NCBI GenBank assembly: GCA_027484085.1
Contig: JAIXQF010000001.1
Span: 4,742 to 68,741, forward strand
Direction: 5' to 3'
DNA: 64,000 nucleotides
Source of the DNA: Actinomycetales bacterium
GTDB lineage: Bacteria; Actinomycetota; Actinomycetes; S36-B12; UBA5976
In this document: one piece after another, positions 51,384 through 61,361 of the stretch
Numbering within the stretch: the stretch's first letter is position 1
Layout: the number at the start of each line of letters is the position of its first letter
Translations under genes and position numbers: made by a program
The notes under the pieces: model-generated
What the model saw: only the letters and a program-made list of their open reading frames with translations
Databases searched by the model: none
Told to the model about the DNA's origin: nothing

Positions 51384-53024
51384 CTACTTTTCGCCCCAGC
51401 GCGGACTTGTGCTCTTTGGTGGATACAAAGTTTCCCGAATCAAGATAATTCCTGGTTGCTTTAGATCTAGCGCATCGCCCAAATCTTCGATTGTGGTTTC
51501 AGTGAATGACAATCCAAAGGATTGCGCCAGGATGGCCCAATCTGGAGAGACCAAGTCCACACCACGCTCCGGATGACCCATAACTTGTTGGTCGTAGCGA
51601 AGCATTCCGTAGCCACCGTCATCAACGATTAACAACGTGTAAGGCAAGTTTTCTTGCACGATGGTTGCAAGTTCACCAAGCGCGAATGCCACACCACCAT
51701 CACCGCAAATGGCCAAAGTGCGACTACCGTTTGCAGCTGGACCGATCGCTGCTGGCAATCCGAAACCTAATGTTCCCCAACCAACTGGATAAACAATGCG
51801 ACGGGATCGTGGCTGTTCGGCATAAACGCCAGTCCAATAACCACAGACAGACATGTCGCAAACGATCGTGCCATCTGCTGGCCAATGCTTTTCGATTGCT
51901 TCAACAAGCGCGATACCACGTTTTGATTTTTCGCCCACTCGCAAACGATCACGCACCGTCTTATTAACGGATGAAACATCAACCCAAGATTCGCGAGCTG
52001 AAGTTCCTGATACCAGTGCAGAAGCAACCCCATTGATGTTGTTGTTCAAAACAACTGCAGTTGGATCAACATTGCGCATCGTTTTTGTCGGTTCCACATC
52101 GATAAGCACAATTGTCTTTGGCCAAGAAATCGCCCAGTTCTTGGTATTCATGCCATCTAGTTGGCTACCGAAAACTACAAGTGCATCAGCATCTGCAAGA
52201 ACTACTTCCGTTTCTGGTTCATGAATTGGCGCTACCAAAGTTAATGAAGAATCAGCCGCAATTCCTCGACCAGCAAATGAAGTGAGAATTGGTGCATTCC
52301 AATGTGAGGCAAGTGCGGAAATTGAATCTGAAGAATCAACTGCGCCACCACCGGCCCAAATCACAATTTTCTTTGCGTCAGCAAGCGCAGCTTGTGCTGC
52401 TGCGATATCAATTTCAATTACTTCTTGACCGATTTCAAGTTTTGGCTTTTCACCAGTGAATGGCTGAGCTAAGACATCGGCTGGGATTCCTAAGTAGCCG
52501 GCTCCAACAGGTGCGCGGAGTAAGTCACGAATCATTTCAGCTGCAACATCAACAGCGGTCACACCATCAGTAACGCTGACTGCCATAGATACCCCAGCAA
52601 GTTTCTTGGCTAGGGGAGCAAACATGGCTGCCTGATCATCCATCTCGTGAAGTAGTCCACGAGCGCCATCTTTTGATCGTTTGCCAATTGGTGCTTCGGA
52701 TGAAATCACAAAAACCGGAGAGCCACTTATGGCAGCTTCACCAAAGGCGCCAAGGGTATTTGCCGCTCCCGGGCCAGTTGTGGTCAATGCCACACCAAGT
52801 GATCCAGTGGTGCGCGCCACGCCATCAGCTGCATAAGCAGTCGTCTGCTCATGACGAACCCCAACAATGGCAGGGCGGTTTGGACCAAGTGCATCCCAGA
52901 ATGCCAAGTTGTGAACACCTGGGATTCCAAAAGTGGTCCTTACTCCTGCTTCCCAGAGTAAATCTAGGATTACCCCGGCTACAGTTTGCTGGTTCGAAGT
53001 GGCATTGTTAGACATGTAAATCAC
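51384..53024 (-). CDS. thiamine-pyrophosphate enzyme of the acetolactate-synthase/2-keto-acid decarboxylase superfamily
   Basis: N-terminal Pyr domain GIPGVHNLAFWDAL...HEQTTAYAADG. C-terminal ICGDGGVAFALGELATIVQENLPYTLLIVDDGGYG TPP motif. 546 aa with no small-subunit partner. Confidence 0.8.
   Translation of the reverse strand: MIYMSNNATSNQQTVAGVILDLLWEAGVRTTFGIPGVHNLAFWDALGPNRPAIVGVRHEQTTAYAADGVARTTGSLGVALTTTGPGAANTLGAFGEAAISGSPVFVISSEAPIGKRSKDGARGLLHEMDDQAAMFAPLAKKLAGVSMAVSVTDGVTAVDVAAEMIRDLLRAPVGAGYLGIPADVLAQPFTGEKPKLEIGQEVIEIDIAAAQAALADAKKIVIWAGGGAVDSSDSISALASHWNAPILTSFAGRGIAADSSLTLVAPIHEPETEVVLADADALVVFGSQLDGMNTKNWAISWPKTIVLIDVEPTKTMRNVDPTAVVLNNNINGVASALVSGTSARESWVDVSSVNKTVRDRLRVGEKSKRGIALVEAIEKHWPADGTIVCDMSVCGYWTGVYAEQPRSRRIVYPVGWGTLGFGLPAAIGPAANGSRTLAICGDGGVAFALGELATIVQENLPYTLLIVDDGGYGMLRYDQQVMGHPERGVDLVSPDWAILAQSFGLSFTETTIEDLGDALDLKQPGIILIRETLYPPKSTSPRWGEK
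51385..51443. repeat. direct repeat copy B (functional 3' end of the TPP-enzyme gene)
   Basis: 58/59 identical to 47001-47059. Encodes LIRETLYPPKSTSPRWGEK on the minus strand. Confidence 0.95.
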
Positions 53025-53050
53025 TTTATCGTCAATGAAAGAGGCCCCGG

Positions 53051-54547
53051 GTGTCCACCTTCAAATCTCTAAATCCAACCAACTTGAGCGATGTAGTCGT
53101 CGAGACCAAACTCGCAACTGCCGAAGACATCGCTGATGCCGCACGTCGCGCCAAGGCTGCCCAGAAGGCTTGGGCAAAAATGCCAGCGCCAGCGCGTGGT
53201 CGAGTAATTGCTAATGCTGGACGGTTGTTTGAGAACAATAAGGAAGCCCTTTCCAAGCTGGTAACTCGCGAAATGGGCAAGGTTTACCGCGAAGCTCTCG
53301 GTGACGTACAAGAAGTTATCGACACTTGTGACTTCTTCCTTGGTGAAGGCCGTCGCCTCTACGGTCAAACCGTTCCAAGCGAAATGCCAAACAAGAACCT
53401 TTTCACATTCCGCATGCCAGTCGGTACCGCATTGATCATCACTGCTGGAAACTTCCCAGCAGCTGTGCCATCTTGGTACATCATTCCGGCGCTGCTAACT
53501 GGTAACTCAGTAGTCTGGAAGCCATCGGAATACACCCCAGCTGTTGCCGAAGCCATGACAGCAATCTTCCACGCTGCAGGTGTGCCAAAGGATGTTCTGA
53601 TCACAGTTGTTGCTGAAGGTAAAGAAACTTTCGAAGGCATGGTTAAGGGACTTGATGAAGGAACCATTAACAAGGTTGGCTTCACTGGTTCAACTGAAGT
53701 TGGTCGCCTAATTGGTGCCAAGGTTGGCGAATACATCCAGAGTGCTTGCTTAGAACTTGGTGGCAAGAATCCAATGATCATCATGCCTGATGCAGATCTT
53801 GAGTTAGCGCTTGATGGCGCACTGTTCGCCGGCTTCGGTACTGCAGGTCAGCGTTGTACTTCACTTGGAACTTTATGGATTCATGATTCGGTTTACGACA
53901 AGTTCCTAAAGATGTATGCAGATAAGGTTGCCAGCTCAAAGGTTGGTGATCCAATGGAAGATGTACTTTTCGGCCCAATGATTGGCGAGAAGTATCTTGC
54001 GACTCATGAAGAAAACTTGAAACTGATTCAGCCACACCACACAGTGCATGGTTCAACTGGCATTGGCCGAATCACTAAAGAAAATCCACGCGAAGGTTTC
54101 GTTGGCGATCCAGATGCTGGTGTATTCGCACACCCAACAATTGTTGCTGGTATCAAAAAGGAAGATGCGCTTTACAACACTGAAACCTTTGGTCCGCTTG
54201 TAACAGTTGGCCGCTTCTCCACAATTGAAGAAGCAATTGAATTAGGTAACGATCACGGCTTCGGTTTATCCGCTGCGATCTACACCAGCGATCCAAAGAC
54301 TGTGTGGACATTCCGCGAAGGAATTTCAGCAGGCATGCTTTCCATCAACAACTCAACTTCCGGCGCGGAAGCCCACTTACCATTCGGTGGCAATGGCAAG
54401 AGTGGCAACGGTTCACGTCAGTCCGGAATCTGGGTGCTTGATGTATTCACTCGCTGGCAGTCACTTAACTGGGACTGGTCCGGAAAGCTTCAGAAAGCGC
54501 AAATGGACAACGAAGAAGTCCCTCACAACCCAGACTTCAAGATCTAA
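53051..54547 (+). CDS. NAD(P)-dependent aldehyde dehydrogenase
   Basis: Catalytic LELGGKNP (Glu) and GTAGQRCTS (Cys), plus FTGSTEVG. GTG start. 498 aa. Confidence 0.85.
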   Translation: MSTFKSLNPTNLSDVVVETKLATAEDIADAARRAKAAQKAWAKMPAPARGRVIANAGRLFENNKEALSKLVTREMGKVYREALGDVQEVIDTCDFFLGEGRRLYGQTVPSEMPNKNLFTFRMPVGTALIITAGNFPAAVPSWYIIPALLTGNSVVWKPSEYTPAVAEAMTAIFHAAGVPKDVLITVVAEGKETFEGMVKGLDEGTINKVGFTGSTEVGRLIGAKVGEYIQSACLELGGKNPMIIMPDADLELALDGALFAGFGTAGQRCTSLGTLWIHDSVYDKFLKMYADKVASSKVGDPMEDVLFGPMIGEKYLATHEENLKLIQPHHTVHGSTGIGRITKENPREGFVGDPDAGVFAHPTIVAGIKKEDALYNTETFGPLVTVGRFSTIEEAIELGNDHGFGLSAAIYTSDPKTVWTFREGISAGMLSINNSTSGAEAHLPFGGNGKSGNGSRQSGIWVLDVFTRWQSLNWDWSGKLQKAQMDNEEVPHNPDFKI

Positions 54548-54558
54548 GGAATCCATTT

Positions 54559-55725
54559 ATGGCTAATCTTCCGGAAGAAGTAGATGTAGTTGTAGTCGGT
54601 GGCGGCGTCATGGGCGCCTCCGCCGCGTTTCACTTGGCTGAAGCTGGAGTCAGCGTTTTGCTTGTTGAGAAAAACGACCTAGCTAGCGGTTCTACCTCAA
54701 AGGCAGCAGGTGGCGTTCGCGCTAACTTCTCTGATGAACTGAACATTGCAATGGGCGCTCGATCTCTTGATCTATTGGCAGATTTCCCAAATCGTCCTGG
54801 TCAGGAAATTGATCTGCATCGTCCGGGCTACATGTTTGCGCTTTCAACACCAGAAGATGTTGCGCTATTTGAGAAATCAACTGCGCTGCATATTGCTGCT
54901 GGCGTGGAATCTCGAATGCTAACTCCTGAAGAAGCCAAAGAACTAAATCCAATCCTTGAAATTGATGGAATTCTTGCCGCGTCATTTACTCCTAATGATG
55001 GTTACTGCACGCCGGAATCTGTAGTTCTTGGCTATGCATCCGGTGCTCGCAAGCACGGTGCAATTGTTATGACACAAACCGAAGCTACAGACATTGAAGT
55101 TGTTGATGGACAGATTGTGTGCGTCACAACTTCAGCAGGAAAAGTGAAAACCAAAACAGTTATTAACTGTGCTGGTGCTTGGTCACCAACAATTGGTGCC
55201 ATGGTTGGCCTAGAGATTCCAGTGCAGCCATTGCGCCGTGAATTGTTGATCACCGAGCCATTGACAGCAGACTTCGATGATGTTCCAGAAAACATGCCAA
55301 TGACTATCGATTACTCGACATCGTTGTACTGGCATCGTGAAGGCAACGCAATGCTGATGGGCTTTTCAGATAAGACTGTTGAATACTCATGGGACCTTCG
55401 TCGCGATCCAAACTTTTTGGAAAAGATTGGTGAGTTAGCTGATGTTCGCGCGCCAAGACTTTTAGAGCTGGGTGCTGCAAGTGGCTGGGCAGGCTTCTAC
55501 GATGTGGCTCCAGATCACAACGCGATCATGGGTGAATGGGAAGGCGTTTCGCGATTCTTGTATGCAACTGGATTCAGCGGACATGGTTTCTTACAGGGCC
55601 CAGCCATCGGTGAAATCTTGCGCGACATGTACTTAGGTAAAACACCATTTGTTGACATCACACCATTAAGCAATGACCGCTTCTCGTTAGGTGGAGAACT
55701 TCGCCCTGAGAAGAACATCGTTTAG
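54559..55725 (+). CDS. FAD-dependent oxidoreductase (sarcosine-oxidase-beta / amino-acid oxidase-like, DAO family)
   Basis: VDVVVVGGGVMGASAAFHLAEAG dinucleotide fold, AAGGVRANFS. 388 aa. Confidence 0.75.
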   Translation: MANLPEEVDVVVVGGGVMGASAAFHLAEAGVSVLLVEKNDLASGSTSKAAGGVRANFSDELNIAMGARSLDLLADFPNRPGQEIDLHRPGYMFALSTPEDVALFEKSTALHIAAGVESRMLTPEEAKELNPILEIDGILAASFTPNDGYCTPESVVLGYASGARKHGAIVMTQTEATDIEVVDGQIVCVTTSAGKVKTKTVINCAGAWSPTIGAMVGLEIPVQPLRRELLITEPLTADFDDVPENMPMTIDYSTSLYWHREGNAMLMGFSDKTVEYSWDLRRDPNFLEKIGELADVRAPRLLELGAASGWAGFYDVAPDHNAIMGEWEGVSRFLYATGFSGHGFLQGPAIGEILRDMYLGKTPFVDITPLSNDRFSLGGELRPEKNIV

Positions 55726-55728
55726 TTC

Positions 55729-56403
55729 ATGTCATTGCGCCAATGGTTTAAACCATCTCGGACAGTTCCGATAACTTCGTGGAGCGCGTCTGGCTCGATG
55801 TGGAAGGCGCGTCCAAAAACCTTTTTCTACCTGATGCTAGGTAATTGGCTTTATGGCACTGGCGAAGCAATTCTCATCAAGGCTGACATTGGTCAGTCTG
55901 CTGGCACGGTTTTGGCTCAAGGAATTCAAAACCTTACAGGCGACACAATCGGATGGACCAGTTTCTACATTTCAATTGGTGTGATGTTTCTTTGGATTCC
56001 ACTAAAGAACAAAGTCGGAATTGGAACTGTTCTCAACATCATCTTTGTTTCAGTAGCAATTGATGTGATGATCCCATTCTTCCCAACCCCAGATAGTTAT
56101 CCTCTCTCAGTACTTATGGTTCTGATTGGCATATTGGTAATCGGTTTAGGTAGCGCGTTTTATATCCCAAGCAATTTGGGACCAGGTCCACGCGACGGCT
56201 TGATGACCGGTTTGCATTATCGAACTGGAATTCCAATCGGCCGAGTACGTTTTGCTATCGAAGCCATTTTCTTGCTTGGGGGATGGCTACTAGGTGGCTC
56301 TGTCGGTCTGGGCACTGTTCTCGTGACCGTCCTGGTTGGCGAAGTGGTTGCAATATTCTTCGGCATAGTTGGTCGAGTCGGCAAACCAAGCCCTAGTCGA
56401 TAA
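55729..56403 (+). CDS. YczE/YitT-like membrane protein, copy 1
   Basis: 224 aa. GTGEAILIKADIGQS and GPGPRDGLMTGL motifs. Tandem paralogue of the next gene. Confidence 0.65.
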   Translation: MSLRQWFKPSRTVPITSWSASGSMWKARPKTFFYLMLGNWLYGTGEAILIKADIGQSAGTVLAQGIQNLTGDTIGWTSFYISIGVMFLWIPLKNKVGIGTVLNIIFVSVAIDVMIPFFPTPDSYPLSVLMVLIGILVIGLGSAFYIPSNLGPGPRDGLMTGLHYRTGIPIGRVRFAIEAIFLLGGWLLGGSVGLGTVLVTVLVGEVVAIFFGIVGRVGKPSPSR

Positions 56404-56415
56404 CAGGGGAGCACA

Positions 56416-57090
56416 ATGTCATCAATTGGTAAGTGGTTGCGTCCTGCGTTAACTGTCCCAAAAACCTCATGGTCTGCTGGTGAATCAAATTGGAAAGTCT
56501 CCGCGAAGACATTTATTGTTTTGGTGCTCGGTCTCTGGCTCTTTGGAACCGGGGAAGCGCTTTTGATTGATGCCAGCATCGGTCAGTCACCATGGACGGT
56601 GTTGGCAGATGGCTTGGCGAAGACCTTGAACCTGACCATTGGGGAAACCACATTCCTAACGTCGATCGTGGTCCTACTGCTTTGGATCCCACTTAAGCGC
56701 AGGCCAGGCCTTGGTACGGTAATGAACATTCTGGTGATTGCGATCGCTATTGATGTGATGACCCCACTTTTGCCAACTCCAACAAATGTCATAGCGCAAA
56801 CATTAGAAGCGTTAGTTGGGGTTTTGTTAGTAGGTCTTGCCAGCGCGCTCTACATAACTTGCAACGTTGGTCCTGGACCTCGCGATGGCTTGATGACTGG
56901 ACTTAACGAAAGAACTGGTATCCGAGTAGGTCGCGTTAGAACCGGAATTGAAGTCGTTGTACTAGCTATCGGCTGGCTTCTAGGCGGCGTAGTCGGCGCA
57001 GGAACATTATTATTTGCGCTATTGATTGGCCAGAGCGTAGCAATTGCTTTTGGACTAGTTGAAAGACTTAGTCCACAAAAACTTACTTAA
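56416..57090 (+). CDS. YczE/YitT-like membrane protein, copy 2
   Basis: 224 aa. GTGEALLIDASIGQS and GPGPRDGLMTGL. Colinear with copy 1 along its whole length. Confidence 0.65.
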   Translation: MSSIGKWLRPALTVPKTSWSAGESNWKVSAKTFIVLVLGLWLFGTGEALLIDASIGQSPWTVLADGLAKTLNLTIGETTFLTSIVVLLLWIPLKRRPGLGTVMNILVIAIAIDVMTPLLPTPTNVIAQTLEALVGVLLVGLASALYITCNVGPGPRDGLMTGLNERTGIRVGRVRTGIEVVVLAIGWLLGGVVGAGTLLFALLIGQSVAIAFGLVERLSPQKLT

Positions 57091-58061
57091 TCAACGGGTT
57101 CATACTCCGGCAAAGGTTGATGCGGGGCCTGTTCGCGGGCCCGCTCGGCTACGACAATTCCAACTAACATAACTGCTCCACCCAACATCTGAATTGGCAC
57201 AAATATCTCGCCGAGAACTATCCAGGCAGCGATTGCAGCAATTGGCGGCTCGGTCATGCCCATGATGCTGGCGCCAGGTCCACCAATGTGTCGAATCGAA
57301 TTGATTACCAATACATACGGCACCAAAGTTCCAACCAAAACCATGAAGGTAAAGAATGGCCAAATTGGGTAGACGCTAGTACCGCCCTCGAATGGTGTGA
57401 CTTGTGCACTCAGTGATTCCCAAGGAAAACTGCTCCATGGACGAAGGATTGCGAAGAATATTGAGGCAAAAATAAATGCCCACATAAGTAATGAAACTGG
57501 ATCTCGACCTTGACTGGCTTTATCGCCAAGTAGGTACATGAACACCAGGGTAGTCATCGAACCAATTGCAAAAATCACACCAAGTTTGTTGAGGGTAAAG
57601 CCATCCCAAACTTGTGCCACCATAGCCAGTCCCACAACAGCAAGTGCAAGTCCCAGCCAAACTGTGTTCTTTACTGGTACATGCATTACGAAACGAGCAA
57701 AAAGTACGACAAAGATCGGTGCCATAAATTCAATTAGCAGGCTGATAGTGATTGGCATTCGAGAAATTGATTCAAAGTAGAACCATTGGCACATCGCAAC
57801 ACCAATAATTCCGTACCCAGCTAGTAATAAGGCCTCTTTGGGTTTAATGCGGAATGCTTTCCGATTTGTCAGGGCCACAAAAATTGTGAGGATTATTGCT
57901 GCCCCGGTTGCACGAAATTGTGAGACCCGCAGTGGATCGCCTACTTCAAGTAAGACAACTTTTGAGACCGTGCCATTCAGAGCCCAACAAGTGGCTGCTG
58001 CTAAGTAGAGCGAATACCCAAGCTTGGGATTCTTCTCATGGACTTTTTTGTGTGGAGACAT
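57087..58061 (-). CDS. EamA/DMT-family transporter
   Basis: 324 aa with ten TM helices in a duplicated EamA pattern. Confidence 0.7.
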   Translation of the reverse strand: MSPHKKVHEKNPKLGYSLYLAAATCWALNGTVSKVVLLEVGDPLRVSQFRATGAAIILTIFVALTNRKAFRIKPKEALLLAGYGIIGVAMCQWFYFESISRMPITISLLIEFMAPIFVVLFARFVMHVPVKNTVWLGLALAVVGLAMVAQVWDGFTLNKLGVIFAIGSMTTLVFMYLLGDKASQGRDPVSLLMWAFIFASIFFAILRPWSSFPWESLSAQVTPFEGGTSVYPIWPFFTFMVLVGTLVPYVLVINSIRHIGGPGASIMGMTEPPIAAIAAWIVLGEIFVPIQMLGGAVMLVGIVVAERAREQAPHQPLPEYEPVD

Positions 58062-58202
58062 TCGCTAGTGACCTGAAATCTAAGCTTTCTCAAAAGTGGG
58101 CGTATTTGAAAATTCGATCTGCTTTAGACCTTAGCAGGAACGGGAAAGACGATAGAGAAAGATGTTTATAGCCGTTATCAGGCAAGGATAAAGATACTCA
58201 GA

Positions 58203-59132
58203 TTAGTGAATATGTCGTTCAACCGAAATGATTTTTGACAGATCTGAAGCGTCTCGGTGGTAGACGACCATTGACCCTGGTGTCAGGGCCGGATCAAATG
58301 CTTTTTTGGCGTCGGTCGCTAATTCAAATCTTTCAGCTAAAACTTCCATCACGGTCGGCAAAACTGGTCGGTGAGTGCAAAGCACGAATGCGCTTTCAAT
58401 AGCCGCAAGTTCACTGGCTCGAACCCGAGCCTTTTCAGGGAACTGAATGTGTTGCTCTTCGCTCAATGATGGTTCGAGTCCAATCGACAAACTGCGTGCC
58501 GAGGCGTATGGTCCGACCGTATCTCGACATCGCACCGAGTCCGATGAGTGCAATGTGGATATCCCGTAAGCCGAAAGTGCCGTCACCAACATACTTGCTT
58601 GGATTCTGCCAACCGATGTCAATGGACGGTAAGCATCCGGTTCGTTTAGATTCTCAACATCGTTAGCCCACTCGGTACGTTTCATCGCTTGGGTATGACG
58701 TAACACGATCATCGGAATCGTCATTGGTGATGCTTGAGCAGCCTTCAGAACCTCAACATCATGTTCATATGTAAGTTTTCTTGCAGCGTCGTCAAAAGTG
58801 AGCCAGGCGATTTCATCTACTTCATCATTTGGCAAGAACGTGCCGGAAAGCAATCGAGCAGACCAGTAATGAGAATCCTTAAGGCGCTCACCAATTTTGT
58901 AAGTTTGTGTAGGAAGGCGCACACATAGTTCAATTGCGAATCCAGTTTCTTCTCTAACTTCGCGAACAGCTGCACCAATTATGTGCTCACCTGATTCAAC
59001 TTTTCCTTTCGGAAATGTCCAATCCTCGCGGTAATCGCGGTGGACCAGCAAGAACTCTTTGCCGTTTGGGCCAGTTCTTGTAACAACTGCGCCAGACGCG
59101 ACGATTCGGTCAGTGGTTGCCAAAGAATCCAA
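58203..59132 (-). CDS. mutT1: NUDIX hydrolase fused to histidine-phosphatase (SixA-like) domain, MutT1-type
   Basis: NUDIX box [23 protein letters not shown]-terminal domain starts IVLRHTQA (RH catalytic motif). Overlaps ppk1 as in mycobacteria (Rv2984-Rv2985, from memory). Confidence 0.7.
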   Translation of the reverse strand: MDSLATTDRIVASGAVVTRTGPNGKEFLLVHRDYREDWTFPKGKVESGEHIIGAAVREVREETGFAIELCVRLPTQTYKIGERLKDSHYWSARLLSGTFLPNDEVDEIAWLTFDDAARKLTYEHDVEVLKAAQASPMTIPMIVLRHTQAMKRTEWANDVENLNEPDAYRPLTSVGRIQASMLVTALSAYGISTLHSSDSVRCRDTVGPYASARSLSIGLEPSLSEEQHIQFPEKARVRASELAAIESAFVLCTHRPVLPTVMEVLAERFELATDAKKAFDPALTPGSMVVYHRDASDLSKIISVERHIH

Positions 59133-61269
59133 CCTTGTTCAAGATGGTGTCAATTCGTCTAGGTGTAGGTGAATCAGCTGCAGATTTGGCCACAGGATGA
59201 TGAGCAATCAAAAGCTCTTGATATTCAGCAAGTGGCTCACCTGATTCGTCCAGGTGTTTGCGCACCCACTCACCGTTGGCCTGCAAGTGCCACGAAGCTG
59301 TTTTATCTGACATACCTAAATCGACAACCTCGGCAATCGCCTTTGCATTCTCGGGATTCATTCGAACCAAAACTTCAACCCGGCGATCTAAGTTGCGGTG
59401 CATTAGATCAGCGGAGCCAATCCAAGTTTCACCTTGGCCACCATTTCCAAAGTCATAAACGCGGCTATGCTCCAAGAATCTACCAAGGACGCTTCGCACT
59501 CGAATGTTCTCCGAATAGCCAGGAACACCTGGACGAACTGAGCAAATACCTCTTACCAAGATGTCGACTTTCACTCCGGCTTGGGAGGCTCGATACAGCG
59601 CATCAATAATTGCTTCATCCACAATGGAATTACATTTGAAGCGTATGTGTGCAGGCTTTCCTTCATTTGCGAAAGCGATCTCTCGATCGATGCGGGCAAT
59701 CAGTCCAGATCGAAGTCCCTTTGGCGCAACAATTAATCGGTTGTATTCGCCCTGAACTCCGTAGCCACTTAAGTGGTTGAACAAACTAGCCACATCTTCA
59801 CCGATTTTCGGATCAGATGTCAGCAATCCATAGTCTTCATACATTCTGGCAGTTCGTGGATTGTAGTTTCCAGTACCGATGTGAACGTATCGATTTAACT
59901 TTCCGCCGTCGTTACGCACGACCATGCATAACTTGGCATGAGTCTTAAGCCCGACGATTCCATAGACCACGTGGACGCCAGATTCTTCTAGCTTTCGCGC
60001 CCAGTCGATGTTGTTTTGCTCATCGAAGCGAGCCTTGATTTCCACCACAGCTAAAACTTGCTTACCAAGTTCCGCTGCATGAATTAGGGCATCAACAATC
60101 GGAGAGTCACCAGAGGTGCGATATAGAGTCTGCTTGATTGCTAGCACGTTTGGATCGTTAGCTGCTTGCTCCAAAAACAGCTGCATACTCGTAGAAAATG
60201 AGTCATACGGGTGATGTAGTAAGACATCGCGATTGCGCATTACTTCAAGAATGTCTGGCGCTGTAGAACTTTCAACTTCGGCAAGTGCAGTGCTGGTACG
60301 TGCAATGAAAACTGGAGCCTTAAGGTCGTCTCGCTTTAGTTTCATCAACTCGAATAGAGATTGGTGATCAAGCGGTCCAGCTAACTTGAAGACTTCATTT
60401 TGCTCGACACCTAATTCGCCGACGATCAGATCCAAAACATGAGAATCGATTGTGTTTTCAACTTCAAGCCGGACCGCAGGACCAAATCGTCTGCGCATAA
60501 GTTCGCGCTCAAGTGCCTGCAATAAGTTTTCGGCATCGTCTTCTTCAACTTCAAGTTCTTCATTTCGAGTAACCCGAAACGCATGGCACTGCACAACATT
60601 CATGCCTGGGAACAGTTTGTCTAGATGACCAGCCATGACATCTTCAAGTGTCACAAAACGCTGAGGAGAAACTTGGATGTATCTAGGTAATGAAGGCGGA
60701 ACCTTTACGCGGGCAAATAATTCATGTCCAGACGACGGATTCTTTACAACCACTGCCAAATTGAGCGAGAGTCCTGAAATGTACGGGAATGGGTGTGATG
60801 GATCCACAGCAAGGGGAGTTAGTACTGGAAAAACTTGTTCATCGAACAGCGTTGACATCTCTTCGCGTTCATCGTTAGTCAGTTCTTCCCACCGCAGGAT
60901 TTCAATTCCACTGGCAACCAAAGCAGGCAGGATTAAATCATTGAAGGTCTCAGATGCGGTTTTCATCGCATCGTAGCTTCTGGCCAGAATTGAAGCATGT
61001 ACTTCAGTTGGCTGGATTCCCGAAACTGTCTTTAGTGCCATGCCAGTGGCAATTCGTCGCTTTAGCCCAGCGACTCGGACCATAAAGAATTCATCAAGGT
61101 TGCTGGCAAAAATAGAAAGATACTTAACGCGTTCTAGAAGTTCCATTTCTTGATCTTGCGCCAACTCTAAAACTCGCTGGTTAAATGCAAGCCAAGATAA
61201 CTCTCGATCGAGGAATCGGTCGTTAGGCAGAGCAATAGGCGCTGCCGCCGATGGGGAAGTTTCAGTCAT
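59110..61269 (-). CDS. ppk1: polyphosphate kinase 1
   Basis: 719 aa. N-terminus [23 protein letters not shown]-like motifs KTHAKLCMV and FLEHSRVY. Confidence 0.93.
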   Translation of the reverse strand: MTETSPSAAAPIALPNDRFLDRELSWLAFNQRVLELAQDQEMELLERVKYLSIFASNLDEFFMVRVAGLKRRIATGMALKTVSGIQPTEVHASILARSYDAMKTASETFNDLILPALVASGIEILRWEELTNDEREEMSTLFDEQVFPVLTPLAVDPSHPFPYISGLSLNLAVVVKNPSSGHELFARVKVPPSLPRYIQVSPQRFVTLEDVMAGHLDKLFPGMNVVQCHAFRVTRNEELEVEEDDAENLLQALERELMRRRFGPAVRLEVENTIDSHVLDLIVGELGVEQNEVFKLAGPLDHQSLFELMKLKRDDLKAPVFIARTSTALAEVESSTAPDILEVMRNRDVLLHHPYDSFSTSMQLFLEQAANDPNVLAIKQTLYRTSGDSPIVDALIHAAELGKQVLAVVEIKARFDEQNNIDWARKLEESGVHVVYGIVGLKTHAKLCMVVRNDGGKLNRYVHIGTGNYNPRTARMYEDYGLLTSDPKIGEDVASLFNHLSGYGVQGEYNRLIVAPKGLRSGLIARIDREIAFANEGKPAHIRFKCNSIVDEAIIDALYRASQAGVKVDILVRGICSVRPGVPGYSENIRVRSVLGRFLEHSRVYDFGNGGQGETWIGSADLMHRNLDRRVEVLVRMNPENAKAIAEVVDLGMSDKTASWHLQANGEWVRKHLDESGEPLAEYQELLIAHHPVAKSAADSPTPRRIDTILNKVGFFGNH

Positions 61270-61361
61270 AACGGTGTAAGCCTTACATACTTAGGTAAAC
61301 AACTCCTAAATCTGATTCTCCAGAAAGTGAACAATTTGCCTAAAAGTGGGATGATTTAGCG

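Larger units (their letters stand above)
47001..51384. mobile_element. putative integrated genomic islet (two-component system plus secreted OmpA_C protein), integrase-less
   Basis: Bounded by 59-bp direct repeats that regenerate the 3' end of the target gene. Hand counts of single 60-nt lines gave 32-37% GC inside versus 47-53% in the flanks. Lies next to a tRNA-like gene. Confidence 0.6.

Noticed and set aside
47001-51384. Calling the insertion a prophage, ICE or transposon.
   Set aside because: There is no integrase, transposase, terminal inverted repeats, or phage or conjugation genes between the repeats. Only the direct-repeat footprint and the composition support mobility, so it is reported as an integrase-less islet.
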